Source of the DNA: a virus
Taxonomy: Duplodnaviria > Heunggongvirae > Uroviricota > Caudoviricetes
DNA: 64,000 bases
Reading direction: 5' to 3' (one strand)
IMG/VR virus record: IMGVR_UViG_2645727901_000008
Within the stretch, counting starts at the first letter, position 1. Every line of letters starts with the position of its first letter. Below the pieces are notes generated by a model. The model did not search any database. It had not been told where the DNA came from and saw only the letters and a program-made list of their open reading frames with translations. This document shows positions 63,923 through 64,000 of this stretch, piece by piece. Position numbers and translations under genes: made by a program.

Positions 63923-64000
63923 GGTACCAGCGGTGAAAAGATCCCCCTGTTGAGTACGGCTAACACATGGAGTGCGCGCCAGACTTTCAACGGCGGGATC

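Noticed and set aside
1-64000. Searched for CRISPR arrays, IS/transposase genes, reverse transcriptase/retron, and integrase-attachment sites next to the tRNAs
   Set aside because: None was found, by direct inspection of the sequence. The only site-specific recombinases are the Cre homolog and Cin. The tRNA-region repeats show no adjacent integrase.

Overview
This window reads as a segment of a P1-like temperate phage-plasmid (Enterobacteriaceae-type), related to P1 but clearly divergent. The P1-like core is recognisable from several parts.
- Cre-family recombinase (about 40% identity to P1 Cre by eye) with a lox-like 13-8-13 site 150 bp upstream.
- PacA/PacB-like terminase with a GATC-clustered candidate pac site.
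- P1-type phd-doc addiction module, hot (HolE homolog), and humD behind a perfect LexA box.
- ref-like HNH protein, rdgC, dUTPase, and separate translationally coupled Dcm-like and Dam-like methyltransferases.
- A 2279-aa DarB-like methyltransferase-helicase antirestriction giant.
- Lysis/Dar-type head cluster (holin-like, LydB-like, Hdf-, DarA-, DdrA-like), portal and prohead-protease-like genes.
- TerB(TciA)-like operon followed by an array of at least five tRNA genes: Ile2/Met(CAT), Ser(TGA), Thr(TGT), Tyr(GTA), Arg(TCT).
- Cin invertase with a cix crossover site at the window end.

Non-P1 cargo and oddities sit inside this backbone.
- An AT-rich three-gene operon: small protein, ImmA/IrrE (M78) HExxH peptidase, and a catalytically intact dCTP-deaminase-like protein. 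This is a candidate new nucleotide-pool defence or counter-defence module.
- A higBA toxin-antitoxin pair plus an AT-rich membrane coiled-coil protein.
- An AT-rich two-gene insert (secreted protein plus a TM protein with a DUF4145-like C-terminal domain) inside the head-gene cluster.
- A DUF2829 (Tad2-like) fusion protein.
- A DUF4406 protein sharing a C-terminal domain with a second protein.
- A tandem array of Ea22-like paralogs.
- Two diverged copies of a terminator / small-protein / Rha-antirepressor module about 37 kb apart, one fused and one split.
- A roughly 1-kb GC-rich noncoding region full of long inverted repeats upstream of the tRNA array.
- A recurring roughly 16-bp motif (aTTAGTTTTCTAACAy) at 13 or more intergenic positions, likely the operator/promoter element of a dispersed regulon.

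No CRISPR array, IS element or rRNA was seen. Coordinates were worked by hand from the ORF track and sequence, so starts are approximate where stated.
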